A DNA stretch of 63,708 nt, filler included, from Sphacelaria rigidula (GCA_964200075.2; 4 parts of 4 records of this genome joined end to end with filler, not necessarily neighbours in it), one strand, 5' to 3'; positions 1 through 13,400 are shown, counted from the whole stretch's first letter. Numbers and translations are program-made. Notes: generated from the letters alone by a model not told the origin.

Positions 1-72
1 CCCACATATACCGAAAGGTGCAGACTGGCACCCAGAATAAATGGGACGACAACACACACACACACACACACA
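1..72 (+). mobile_element. 3' end of tRNA-derived SINE with (CA)n tail, cut by the window/contig start
   Basis: cccacatataccgaaaggtgcagactggcacccagaataaatgggacgacaac(ac)n is near-identical to the 3' end of the copy at about 19311-19370. Confidence 0.8.
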
Positions 73-1301
73 CTTCGTCCATGCTGCGAGGGAGTCCGTT
101 TTTTTCTTGAGTTTCCAAACACCGAGCATTTGAGAATTCCGCATTTTTCACCTCGATAAACGCTGCTGTTCCCGAAGCCGCAAGTGCCAAATTTTCAACT
201 CAGATATCTCGGCAACGAGGCAGAGGATTGAACTGCGGTTCGATACGAGCGCTTCCCACACACCAGAACTTTTCAGCGACGCAACGGCTTGCCGTAAAGC
301 GTGCCGTGGAGCCCGCAGAACTTTGCAAACCGTCCAAGGTGTACGAAAAACGCGTTTTCTTCGACGTTCGGGGGGGTTTCGGATTCGCTGTGGCCATTTG
401 AGCAATTCCGTTGCGGCGCTGAATAGATCTAGTGTGTGCGCGGGGGGCTGTCAAGTGCCACATGCCGTTTAACTTCCTGTCTGGATAATTATGCGGTGAA
501 AAAATGACAGCTGTCGCATACTAAACGTAGGTAACTCGGGGTGGAGTGTATGTTCTGTTCGGCACAGGTTCGGCACAGGTTCGACCAGTCAATGACGTCT
601 TCAATACGTCTCCAATTTCCCTCCGTGTTCGTATTGTTTTTAGTTGACCACGGAGTTTTGGTCGGTAAGGCCTTCATTCATCCCCATAACTGTGATCGTC
701 GTATAGTGTGTAGATGCACAACAGCACAGCGACGACTACAGCGAAGCAATGATGGGTGTGGGAAGCGCCTTGTTACTGGAGTGTCTAGAGACCGCTGCAT
801 GCCGACAGCAGTTTGTTTCGAAGCGAACGCCATGACAGAAGTAAAGTAAGTCAGGCAGTCAGTCCCGGCGGAGATCAAGCCGTCTTCGAAACGGCCTGGG
901 GATACCACAGCGCAGCGACAGTTACAGCGCAAGAGATAGCGCATGAATGTGTTTGTGCTGCGGCACAGTGATACAGGACATGTCCCATGTGATAGTTCTT
1001 CCTCTGATTTCGGATAGGCTCGATTTCGGCAGACAGGCGGTTTTCAAACGCTGGACCAATTTATTTCACCTTGAGTAATCTCCCTGCTTGCTGCTCTGCC
1101 TTGTCTCTTGCGGAATCGGATGATCAGCGGTACAGTAGCTCCCTTGCGGGATTAGATGATACATCATCGTTGTACTGCAATTTGTCAGCTGTCTGCTGTG
1201 CGATACCTGTATGTACAGTAGGTTTTACGAGTTGTCTGCGGTCTACTCTGCGGTATCTGTGTGTACGATACAGTAGGTTCTAAAAAGCACAACACTGTAG
1301 G

Positions 1302-1525
1302 CGTGTTCAGGTTCTAAATAGTAACACTGCAAACGCTGCAGGACTGTGTTGTGTTCAGTGTACTACCCTGTACTCCATATAAGGAGGTCACGTTTTGGGT
1401 AGTTTCTGAAACGTTCTGCTTGTTTTTTTAAACGTTCTCGAATACTTCTGCTTGTTTTTCTGTCACAGAAATCCAATGCCGAATCTCGAATGGTCTGAGA
1501 CAACAACCAATTTTAAAATTGGAAT
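1302..1525 (+). repeat. Terminal segment of the CAG/CTG-foldback-associated repeat family
   Basis: gtgttcaggttcta...ggtcacgttttggg...tgtcacagaaatccaatgccgaa...tgagacaacaac...aaaattggaa recurs at about 29818-30027 and in part at about 21100-21250. Confidence 0.7.
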
Positions 1526-3943
1526 ACAGTGTATACGATATGTATGTGCAACTTTAAGTGTGAAACCCAAGTTGGATCTAGATTCTACATGTTTTGAGGA
1601 AGTTCGGAAGTATCCTCATATCGCATCCGACATCGTGCGACATGACGCGATAAGATATATCTGATATCGTATCGATATCGCGAATTGATGAGAGCAGATA
1701 TCGGGTATCGTATCCCGCCGATACTTATCTCGATGCGCATCACTACCGTAAAAGCCGTGATAGTCCCACTCGAAAAGTCAGCGTGCCTATGGAGGAAGGC
1801 ACAGTGCGACGACAGGATCACACATGGGGACATGTGACATACCCAAGTCTCAACCACGCATCAACTCTCCACGCCCAATCTTCTCAACTAAACCAGCATG
1901 ATTTACCCGTAGCTGTTGATCAGCCGGGTATGGTGTTCATGGATCTGGGGCAGACCTGTTCTGAAGATCCGACAATTGGACCCAACGCTCCATAAAAAAC
2001 ACACCACACGATACGGATTTGGAGATGTGCATGCATACGATAGCTAGCTGTCGCTGCTCCAAATTTCTGAACGAGTTGCTGTGAACCAAAAACCGTTCGT
2101 TGGGTGTAGATGGGAGCACCAGATAGATCAAGTGCACTGCGTTGGGAGACAGGTGTCTTCTGCGTACTTATTCGGGCCACTTCGTGGCGGTGTGACATGT
2201 TTCGGTTCATGCCCTCGTTCTGCCTGCTCAGATGTTCACAAGAGTTGCTCGTACCTAATTCCATTGCAAGAAACGCCGATATGAGGGGAAATATGTGCGT
2301 TATTAATTGAATCAAACCTAGACGTTTCGAGCTATAGTCGAGTTGGAAACTGATTTCAGAACGTGAGTTCGTGGATTGCCTAGACGAAACACGGCCTAGC
2401 CGGCGGCTTCAGCCCGTACCTCAAGCCGGCTGACTGCAGACCATGCATCAAACCCGGCGAAATACACCCTTAAACTGGAAATTGGAAACGTGACGGGGTC
2501 AGTTCAACAATGGATGGGTCCATGCGCGCGAGGAACCATCGAGGACCGTTCTCGTGTTTTGTGCTTTTCCGTTTTCCGTCACTCATGCGGCCTCGCCAGA
2601 ATTCGAGCACGTGTGCCGGTATTGCGGGGACTATTCAAAGGTTATCGTTGGTTGTACTGGTACAACAGCAGAAATCTTTATTAGCATCTTTCTCTAATTA
2701 ACACTACGCGGTATTCCGGTCATGCACAAGACAGAATGATTAGCCAGCATCACTGTCACAACCGAGCCAAGGATAGAAGTGCTGCAAGTAACACGCACCC
2801 GCCACTCACGAAACGCACTCAACAACCGAATCATAGTACCACGTACGCTCGAATTCGGCGCTCGCCACGAATCGCAACGGATGACCCACTGGATCAAACC
2901 ACCCAATATTACTCGTACATACCCGCCACAATGTAACCCTGCCCGTGACGCTTCCTGCGCGGACACGGACGCGAATGACCCAGGACTTCACGCACATAGT
3001 TGCGGCGTACACTCAAACGGGGATGAGCCATGAAAAAGGAAGTACCGTACAACGTAGGTATCGTTCGTGACAAGACCGATGGGAAACTGCCGACAGGAGC
3101 ATTGAATCCCGATCACGCTTCCCTACGAGTACCTACCTAAAGCATCTGCCCACCCTTGAAGAGGGACCGGTCTAAAGGGGTGGGTCTGCTCACCCTGAGA
3201 GAGGGACGGGGATGATCTTCCGAAAAATATTGACAGCACCCGCACCCGCGCTTGTACTTCACTCCACTCCACAACAATTGCCGCCATGAGCACACGCGTC
3301 GAATATCTTTGTACCGTACCCACTGTATCGCTCTTCAGCTCCACTGACGGGGTAGTTTACAACCGAACCAGTTTTATTTGAACAGGATGAACGCAAACCT
3401 ATTTCAAGCGACGGCCCCGGGGAGACCTCCGCTGAACATCTTTCAGTTGCCGCTTCCTCAGCGTACCTGCTTGCGACCTATTGTCAACATAAGCATGATC
3501 TACTGAAAGATTACATCATGTTAAACTTTGTATATTCCATATTTACACCATTTATATACTGTGTACTGACGCTCTGTTTTTCAAAGTCACAAGTGTTTCA
3601 CTAAGACCACCGACCAGGGACGCATCACCCCCATCATCGATACCATTAGAAAACACTGCGATGAGGTCGAACGACAGTACTCCCAACTCTTGCACTGCAG
3701 TACGAGCCGTACTCCACGGGAGAGCCCTCGACCGCACCAACACATATATGAACAAAAACGAGTTTCACACTGCGGCACGTACAGTTCCCGGAGTAGTACA
3801 CTCCACATACACTCCAGCTGAGTGAGGTCACATGACGCGCGACACGGCTTGGATCGACCTCCGCATGCAGAGGAACATCAGCGCCCGCGGACCATTTTTC
3901 CCCCGTTAGCCACCGCTGTGGGGTTGTTGCTTCTCCACTCCGA

Positions 3944-6900
3944 TTACGACTCGTACACATTCATGGCGAAGCTTCCACCACAGATCTCTCCGGGGGCTCC
4001 AGAACACGCCATTGTGCAGCCGTCGGATTCACCGTGGCGAGCGTATTCGTCGTCGTCACCGCACCAGCACTGCAGATGTACATGCACGACAATGAGCGCG
4101 AACGAACGGTTGGAAACATTCGGCTGACTTGAGTTGACAGGGCAACAAAAGTAGGATCCTATCTTCTTCCAACAAACATCATGTGCGAGGCACCTTATCC
4201 ACGATCATCGTTATTGCTGTTCCTATTGCTGCTACTTCGAGGTACCCAGTACTAGTCCCGCCTCGTTGATACTCCTAGGAATCGAGCACGCTCGTCGCAT
4301 GGGACGAGGTATTTCGACGATCACAATCCTTGGCCTGGTCCCCACGCTTAACTCTAGAGTAATTCCATCGACGGAGGGCTCACCTCGCTACTGAACTGAG
4401 TCGCGTAGTACTTGGAGCCGTGGCAGGTTTCGGCACAGAGCTGGGTATGAACAGCGAAGAGGGGTGGGATGGCGAACGGGCAGGGGGGGGAAGAGGTTTA
4501 GGCAAGGGATTTGTTCGCTGGGCAGGGAAGGGAGTCGTTCGCTGTGCAGAGGAGTCATTGTTTAGGATGCCGTCATAACATTTGCGAAACGATCCACCTG
4601 TACGCCCTACCAGCGTGAGCTATCATCTACCCACGTAAACATCGATTGGACCTACAGGGTCGAATCCATCTGCGAACCTTGCGAACATGTGCGGTTGACG
4701 CCTAACCCTACCATGAAAAACAGAAGAGAACCCCCGCCACGAGAAGCAAAAGAGGAAATTATGGCAGAAATTTCGTGGCACATTCAGCATGTCCACAACC
4801 GGTTCCACGTGTACCACGTTCAACCCGCACCAATAGCGTGAGGAATCCACGAAACATGGACTTCATATGTCCTTGTTGCCTGGCTAGTGTACGGGGCCCA
4901 CCGCTGTGGTCATGTCGGTGCTGCTCAGGGCCTTCTCGAAGACGCGATCAGCAGCCGTGTCAGTGTAGCAACCGAGGCCACCGCCGCTGACCACGTTGGG
5001 CTTTTAGATGCCGATTGCATCGCGTCCACCGCAGATTTCGTCGTCATCACCGCCACAAGCGAAGTCGCAGCCGTCCGATGTCACCTCCGGGTTGTCGCCT
5101 TCGACGCCGCAGAAGCACTGTATGATCGAGTGATGACAACGCAGATCAAGAGGAACGGGATGGGTCGATGCGATGTCGTGTGCAGTCGTTTTTCGGGGTG
5201 TCAACGCTCTCGACACTTCACCGTGTGCATTCTGAATCAGTGAGATACTTTCATCCTAGCGGTGAAAACGTGGAAGTCGGGTGTGAGTAGTCAAACGTAC
5301 GCGGTAACATCAACAGACCAAAAACAAAGAATCCAGCTAACGAACACCATGACCATGTCACTGCACATGCTTCTAGGCTTACTCTGCATCGGCGTTTTTG
5401 CGTGGAGTCGTGCGCGTTAATGCTATACCCTGTCTTCCTCAAATAGTGCCAAGATGGCCACAAACAAGAATGCGAACGACAATGTTGAGCACAACATGCA
5501 GCGTGCTAGTGCCCGTACAGCACAATGTGGAGATTGCCGGCTATTCCGCCATCGATTCTCACACTCGTAGGGACCGCTGAACTCCAGGTCAAACACAACA
5601 TTGTACCCACCTCCACCGCGTATTCAGTTCCGAACCATGGGGCACCCGCGCAGAAGGTGGAGCACAACTGTAACCAACCATCAAGCGGAGGGGCACACGC
5701 GAGGCATGGGAGGAGCGGGGGCAGCAGAGACAAGGGTCAGGTGATCGATTAATCTCGGGTGGACATTTAGACATTGCGCAGCCTGTTACGATGTTCGTGT
5801 ACATGCACCATGGGGCGGGTTATACGTTTGCCTTGGTGTGGGTTTACCTCCCGACAATATCTTGAACCTCCACCCAGCCGTAGCATTGAACGCAACCCCG
5901 AACAATTTCGAGAACAAAAGATCCTGCTCCTGCACCTAATAACTCATGTTCCTCACGTCTGCGGTCATGGCGGGGTCAACCGACTTTTCTCCGGAGAGCA
6001 CGCGGTCGCGTCCGTCTACGAAGCAGTCCACGTAGCTGTACTCGGAGTACGCGTAGATATTGATCGCTCTGTTGCCGCTGCAGGTCTGAGAATCATCTCC
6101 ACTGCACGGGAAGGTGCACCCGGTGGATGGACCGTACTCTTCGGGGCCATCCGTGGCAAGCCCGCAGTAGCACTGTAGCAACACGCGATTCGTTATTGTT
6201 CACGACCGATAGGGGGTGGGGGTGGGGTAAGGGGACACCGACTGTGGTTTCGATGTACCTTTGTTTCAGGCTTCGCGACATGTGGTCAGCCGTGATATGG
6301 GTTATATTTTCTGAGTCAAGTATGGACGTTTCAGGCGATACCTTTAACTCGCCAAACGTGCACAGGAAAAGGTGTGTCCACTTGGATATAAAATTCAAAC
6401 CACAAAGTACTGAACAGAGGGCAGGATTTATTCAGACGGGCAGAGAAATCACAACGTTTTACTTTCTTATACCGGTACCATGATTTGAGATAGCTGGAAG
6501 GGCTATGCTATGCCGTGTGCGTTCTCACCTCGTTGCCGAATTGTGTTCCGAAGTAACTCGATGCTGGTCCAGCACAGAATGTGGCGCACCTCTGCACTCC
6601 CGAGGAACCGTGCGCAAATAAACATAATGAACGTAGCCGAACGGCGCAGCAGAAGAGCGCAACGGTTTTGCAAAGTCACTGCGTGTTTCGAAATATTCGT
6701 GCGCGCGTGACGAAAAGTTAGGTAAACGGTACCTGCTAGAGACACGGCACGGCACCTCCAACTGTCCACGCGACTGCCAATGCCAAGAACAGGCGAGTAT
6801 AGAGCATGGGAAAGTGTTGGACGATTAAAGCTGGCCCATCAACAGTAGATGTCAACCAACTAGCGAAGTAGACCACGCGGTTGAAGCATGGAGACGTGCT

Positions 6901-8991
6901 AGATGATCGATGCCGCCCGTCAGTGAAGCAACAATACGTCGTCCCGGTGACTCAGTTGGTAACCTCGAAACCTTCTGACGGTTGGGTCGTTGGTTCGAAT
7001 CTCGGAGCGATCTGGGATGTTTTCTCACACAATGCCCAACAGAGAGTGGAGAGCGACCATGTCGGGTACACAAAATTCGACATGATGGTAGACGAGGGAA
7101 AGGAAATGCTGAATCCCTCTCGCGATAAAAAGTAAAGGCAAGCACCGCAGAATGAAGGTGAAGTATTAAAAACAAACAAAAATGAGAACCCCTGTGTTGG
7201 CCTTCCTCCTGTGTGACCCCGGCTGCTACACCCACATATACCGATCGCACCAACCCCTTGCCCGCCGCAGTCAGTGACCTGTTGTAGTTGTAGTGCTTTC
7301 AGATGAAAACATCCATGCACGAAAACGCAAGGGCAACTTGATCAAAAACGTAAGTATTATCAAACCGTTTCAGAAGACATCTGCAGGTACCTGGGCTACA
7401 GTATCACCAGCAGCACTCACGTCAGTGGTCATATCGGCCTGCTTTTTGATAGAAGCACTAGACAACGCACGGTCCGCCACGTCGTCGGTCCAGCAGCCTA
7501 GAGCTCTGTACGCGGACGGGGTCGGGGGTTCGGTGGTCGGGGGCGCGGTGGTCTGGGGCGCGGTGGTCGGAGGGGCAGTCGCCGGGGGCGGGATTTCTAC
7601 CGGCTGGAATTGTCCAACAGGGCCCTACGTCAGAGAACGTCGGGAACATGCATGCGGAACGGTGACAAAGGGTGTAATTGTTGCGAGATGAAGATTGGTG
7701 GTGTGATCAGTAGCGGGGTGTATGTAGGGTGGATGGCAATGCCGTGCCTGCAGGGGTGACGGCCGAACGCCAACCTCATCCCGAAAAACAATATCGTGTG
7801 TCATGTGTGCTGTGTGCATATTACCACACGTTCGCACAAGTACCTTTTCTTGACCCTCATTGTTCAGATGTCTCTCGGTCAAAATGCATCGCATGGAGAA
7901 GGACTGACCGGCGAAATCGACCGATCGAGGTTTGAGACCAACCGCAAAATGGTTTTCACTGAACAACCAGAAGGTCAACCTGAAGACCCGTAGCGAAACA
8001 TACGGTGTGTAGACCATGGGACAAGTCGAACGAAATACGCCAAGCCACCGAATCAATTGCCAAACTAATACCCGTATGACTGAAGAGAAGCTTGGTGCCA
8101 ATTTACTTCAGTATGGCATGGAAGATAAGAACTAGTTCTAGACCAACGCACCATGTTGGTCCGGATGGCCCTCGCGCAGTCTTCGGTTTCGGTGCCGGCG
8201 GGTTGTTCCTTGTAGCTGACCAACGGGTTGGAGAAGTGATTGATCCTCGGTGCTCGCATGGCCGGGCACTTGATGCTCATGATGGTGCTGAACCTTCAAC
8301 ACATACATTTTGAGAGAAGGACCATCATCTTAAAAGAAACGAAGAGAGAGAGTCATACCACGATACGGAGGGGGTGTTGGATTTCACGAAACAATGGGCT
8401 CACAGGTGCGTCATTCGACCAAACAATCTTGCGGTCCCTTGGAATTTGGTTAAAAGCAGTCTCGAGCAGTATAAATGAGCGTTAATCATCGGGAACAAGC
8501 GCGTTCATCCCACGACCCCAGACTATTGAATAACTGTATTTGCTGTATCGCTACAACCTCATCCATGTCGTAATTTCACGCGCGGGATATCGAGTGTTGC
8601 AATGCGCAACGAGAATGCTTGTCGAAATATTACGTTATTGGATTGTCCCGCCTTCAAACTGATGAGACTGCTTCTCCGTTTGTTCTCTGATTTCTTTCCT
8701 CATTCCACGCTCACGTGAATAGCATCCAAAAAGAGCCAACACGAAAATGATCAGACTACCGCGTCACCGCGTCGGGACGGGTATCAGTGCCTCATCATCA
8801 AGTTCGATACTCACGGGTTGTCTCCCTCACAAACACGGTAGCCGTGCTCGTACTCCTTGTCGACAATCGAGTCTTCCCTGTTTCGGTAGCAGCCCAGGTT
8901 GTGCCCGAACGCGTGCGACTGGGACAGGTTCTCGATGAAAATCGGGTTCACGACAGAGAAGCCGTTGCGCGCATTTCCATTGAAGTTGTAA
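3944..8991 (-). pseudogene. Degenerate reprolysin-like (M12B/metzincin) metallopeptidase plus three WSC domains; 5' exons not found
   Basis: Nine exons join in frame at GT-AG junctions: 8815-8991, 8152-8293, 7421-7624, 6529-6591, 5957-6172, 5611-5667, 4902-5117, 4384-4440, 3944-4069. They encode HAFGHNLGCYR (degenerate HExxHxxGxxH), the Met-turn region FSTIMS..RINHFSNP..DCARAI, a Pro/Thr linker, and three WSC repeats (GC[W/F/Y]xD..R..MT..C..FC..YFGTQFGNE-CYCG..C..PCSGD..CSG..AINIY). In-frame TAA at 5004-5006. Confidence 0.85.
6938..7245 (+). mobile_element. tRNA-derived SINE (intronic, 3'-truncated)
   Basis: A-box-like TGACTCAGTTGGT, anticodon-like stem-loop aacc-TTCTGAC-ggtt, B-box GGTTCGAATC, followed by a body shared with five other copies in the window. 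Confidence 0.8.
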
Positions 8992-9069
8992 CTGTTTCGC
9001 ACAAAGTGGATGGTTACGGCCAGGGTCAGGTGGGAAAACGAGTTGTTGCCGGGGCTCACAATGACTGGA

Positions 9070-9310
9070 GGGGCGGTGGGGGGGATGTACACATGCATCA
9101 TGTGCATGCCATAGTCATAAAGACCATTGATCTCGCATCCCTACAAAGCCGGGACGGAGCACGCCGGGTTTTCGCCGGACCAGACTCGCACTCAATCACC
9201 AAGCGCGAAGCGCGAAGCGCCGTGGTGTGTTCGGCGAGTCGCATGAAGGGTGAGCTGCATCCTGCTAAGATTGTTCCGCCCGAAATCGTACTGATTATCT
9301 GCATACGGAT
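9070..9310 (-). mobile_element. Long member of the poly(C)-tailed retroposon family
   Basis: The reverse complement matches 21960-22165 and 47862-47945 and ends in atgtacatcccccc. A shorter fragment lies at about 9605-9655. Confidence 0.65.
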
Positions 9311-10349
9311 GACAGCCTCCAATGAATCGTTTAATTTTCTGGTATCGCCACTTCCAGAGACAGCCACGGCTTATACACTGCCTCCTGGGCGTCTCACCAT
9401 GTCAACCGTACGTAGTATGATCATCCCCTTTGCGCGCACTTAAGGTTCTCCCACCCCTTGAGGTTCTCCCACCCCGCACAATATGTTCTGGCTCGACCAC
9501 CCTCATGGTTACCGCAAAAAAAAGGTAACCTGGTAGCCTAGCTTACGCATTGAGCGTCGTGTTTTACAGCGTCATCGCCAACCGACGCCAACCCCATAGA
9601 GGCCCACCCCTTCAAAGCCGGGACGGAGCACGCCGGGTTCTCGCCGGACCAGGCTGTTGCGGGGCGGTGGCGGGGGAAGGGTTACCGTAACACGAGTAGA
9701 AATTATATTGTAGGCGGCGAGGTTGCAATGTAGTCGAATCGATGGAAGGACACGGTGTTCAGATTTTCTTTCTGGGTCGTATTTCGTGGAGCTTCCCCCC
9801 TGTGCCAGTTAGACAGCGAAGTATGCTTCGCTTATCCGTTCTAATTTTGACACAGCGTACCGCTTCAACGACTACGCTCGAGCAGGACAATACCCTACGG
9901 TCTTCGTTTATGAGAACATGAATGGCGTTCCCTTCCATCGGTTCCATGACATTCCATGATTTCTTTCTCAAAACTTTGTTCGCCGCTGATACTCTACTCC
10001 ATGGCAAACAACAGTAAAAGCGTTGGTCGGGTCTGTGTGCGTGAAGTCAGGAACTGTCTCCTAAAGTGCAAGATGTCGCGGTGTAGACCATCGAGTGATC
10101 GTCTTCGCGAGCAACGTATTTGGTGCTCACCCGTTCATTACCCAGCACCGTGGTTTGCCCGAGCAACGAATCGTATAGAAATCGGAAGTTGGCGGTATGA
10201 CAACTGGAAAAGTTTGCTGTCCATTCGAAGTCACCCAAACAGTCAGGGGTCTCCAGTGAGCGGTGCTTTTTTCTCCCGTCATGTTTCTGTCTGTGCACGA
10301 CAGCAGCCTGCCTAGAGAGGGAGCGCGCGCGCTAGAGAGAGGCGGGGGG

Positions 10350-10382
<33 letters not shown>

Positions 10383-10411
10383 GTCGTGTGAAGAACGGTC
10401 CGTGGGACACT

Positions 10412-13400
10412 ATGGGCATCAGGACAGCACACATACCCGCAGATGCCACGTCCGAGGCAGCGAAGTTTGAGCAGAAGTTGGCTTTGGGCGAGTACGATGC
10501 CGTATCCTCCTCTGCAGGCTTGAACGAGGAAGCTCAAGTAGGGATCAAGGCGGCAGTGGCGAGCCTCAAAGCCGTACAGGACAAGGTGGGAACAGCGACG
10601 AGTAACAAGGATGAGCTGCTAGCTCTCACGGATTCTTGCGTTGGTGTTACGGCGCAAGTGTTGGTGGCGTGCAGGCGTGCCGGGATGGCGGTTGATATCG
10701 CGTTGCTTCAAGATCGTTTGCTCCGGGTGGAGGGATTAATAGAACAGTGCGGGTTTCGGCGGCGGGTTGAGGGTGTCGTCAAAGGTGCGGAAGACAGAGC
10801 CGCGATTTCCGAGCTGCAAGATCTTGTGGGTAAGCTCGCGGGAGATATGGATCTGGCGGGGATGTTGATGGGAGAGAAGGAGAGCAGCGCGAGAGAGGCG
10901 TGTAGGAACGCTGAGGTCGTGGCCGAGGAGGATAACGATGGTCGCGACGGTATTAGCAAGTTGGTGGGTTGGTGACTGACGACTGATACCGCGATACCCC
11001 CCCCCCCGAGAAAAGTGGCTGGTTTGAAGAGGCAAAAAAGTCACGTGAAAATCTAAATGACGAAACCTGAGCACACGGAGCAGCTGGGAACTCTGATGCT
11101 TAAGATCATTTTCATCGATGTCGCCCATATGAGGCGCTCCATGCAGCCTGAAAACCAGCCATCATGCACTGTACGTACGCCTATCTGCTTCGTGACAGTT
11201 TGGGGCTGGTTTGGGAGGGAGGGGGAGGTATCGCGATATTACTCTGACCCAGATGGGTGCCAAATCGGCACGGCGCCCTTGAGTAAAAGTGCCAGACAGA
11301 AAGATAGCCCTTCAGCCTGTGGGATGGTCAACGGTATTCCTAGAGCTCCAAACGTTGTGGTCAGTAAATCGCGTGTGACGTGACAGCGGTGAGGAGGATC
11401 TGCTATTTGCGGAATTTCTGCATTCCAACGCGTCGTCTACGTAGAACAGGAAGCCCGCACTGCTTCAACAAACCACGTCTAGTTGACACACCCTGGACAA
11501 AATGCGGTCAATACTTTCAATGGAAAGAATTGTGCTGCGTAAAGTGTAGGCCTAGTGCAACTATTGTCGGACCAACCATGGTTACAATAGGCCCATACTT
11601 CACGCGGTACATTTTTCATCGTCAACGGTGTGCTAGTTTAGTTGTAGTTCTCTTCTATGCACAGCTCAGGACGCTCTCGATGTATCCTGCTCTCAGATGT
11701 CCGACACTGCGGTACACCACAGCACACGTGCCCGAAGTACTATCTCAAAGACGTCTTCATTGCCGCAGTAGCGAAAAAGACAATGTTACCGCGTACGTGG
11801 GGCAAGGAACTCAGGTGCCCATTGCGTACCCAAAGAGGTGCACCACTTCTGGATATGGCGACCGTTGCGCTGCGGACTGTTCCAACATGGTCGGTCACAA
11901 GTTCCTTCCCCCACGTGTTGCAAGTTTTTTCTGGGGGGGTTATTTCGCGTCCACTCATGCAAACGCCAAGGGAAGGGTGAAACTATCGTTCAAACAGTCA
12001 GTTGCAGTGTGGCCCGTCTCTAAAGCCATATATGATCAACTCGTGTGTTTCCCGTGCTCTCTGGTGTACACGACATGGGGTGCACCGCCCTTTTCCCTTG
12101 ACATGATGTAGCGCTGCATCAAAGAGGATGAAGACGAGATGCCGAGGACAGGATCCAAGCTAGCGAGGATTCCTGACGCCGCGCCCCTCCTCCCAAGCTG
12201 GCACGTGCAGCGCGACGGCATTATGCAAGATTTGTGCAACGTTCTCTGTGACGAAGACGACTCGCCGCGCTTGCTGGGTATTGTCGGTGATAGCGGCTCA
12301 GGTAAAACTACATGCGCCGCCGAGTTTGTGCGGAGAAAGAACGTACGTGAGATATTTTGCGACGGAATCTTGTGGCTCACGGTAAACAAAGGAGGGAAGG
12401 ATCGTGTCCCCGCGCTGATGCGGCAGCTGGCCGCGGATGTGCATGAGACTGTCACGAGCGGGATCAATCGCCCTCCCGCAGCCTCGGACCCCCCGGCAAG
12501 GTACATAAGGAAGATTGTAGAGAGGGGGAGTGGGCGCCAGTACGGCGCGCGGCTGCGGTGCCTTGTGGTAGCGGATAATGTGTGGGAAGCTGAGGTTATC
12601 ATGAAGCTGCGGGGAACGGCGATGTGGGTTCTGGTTACCACCTGCACTGCGGAGTTGGTGACAGATGCGAGGGGGAGTGTGGTGAAGGCCGGGTCGCTTT
12701 CAGAGGAAGATGCTCAATTGCTGCTTCGCAGGGCTGCCGAAGTTAGCGTTGAAGTGGAGGTTCCGGGTGACGACGCCACGAAAGAGGTTATCGAGTTATG
12801 CGGGCGGACGGCGATAGATTTGGTTTCCGTGGGGAGGTGGAGTACGATTCGCGGCAATGACAACCATTTGGCTGCTTTGTCTGATGCGGCCGCCAACATC
12901 CGCGCAGACTTGGAAAAAACCCGACCAGAGGGGGGAAATGAAGGCAGGAGCAGCAGCACTCGCGCCGAGCAGCGAATGGCCATCCTTCGCGTCGGTTTGC
13001 ATATCCTGGGCTCTGTCAACAAACAAGCGAAATGGTTGTGTCTGGCGCTGGCGGTTATCCCGGACGGGTACGCATTTGGTGTGAGCGATGCCGCAATGCT
13101 GCTAGACGATGGCCCGTTTGAAGGCATCATCGATGAGACGGCCGCCGAAGTGGTATTGTGCACCCTGGAACAGTGGGGAATAGTTACGACAGCTGTTGAC
13201 GTAGGAGAATCGCCGAGGCGACCGCAGCACCGTCCGTTCTACCGCTTGCACGATGTCCATTCCAACGCCGCGAGGAGCAGTCTCAAGGACCATGCAGGCG
13301 TGTGCCGGTCAGCGGTGAGGACGTGGGTAGAGCACCTCTCGTCCTTGGAAGTCCTGAAAAGCACGGATGTACATATGCTCATGGCGCTGTGGGGTGCAGT

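Noticed and set aside
6938-7010. tRNA-Gln gene
   Set aside because: Imperfect cloverleaf, always attached to the same downstream body; a SINE head.
10343-10381. Long poly-G tract (and other poly-C tracts) read as poly-Pro/Gly coding sequence or a regulatory G-quadruplex
   Set aside because: Homopolymer tracts are common throughout the window and length-unreliable; no specific evidence of function.
11380-12111. 243-aa ORF upstream of the NB-ARC exon
   Set aside because: No recognisable motifs; lies in the NLR intron and ends at the acceptor TAG.
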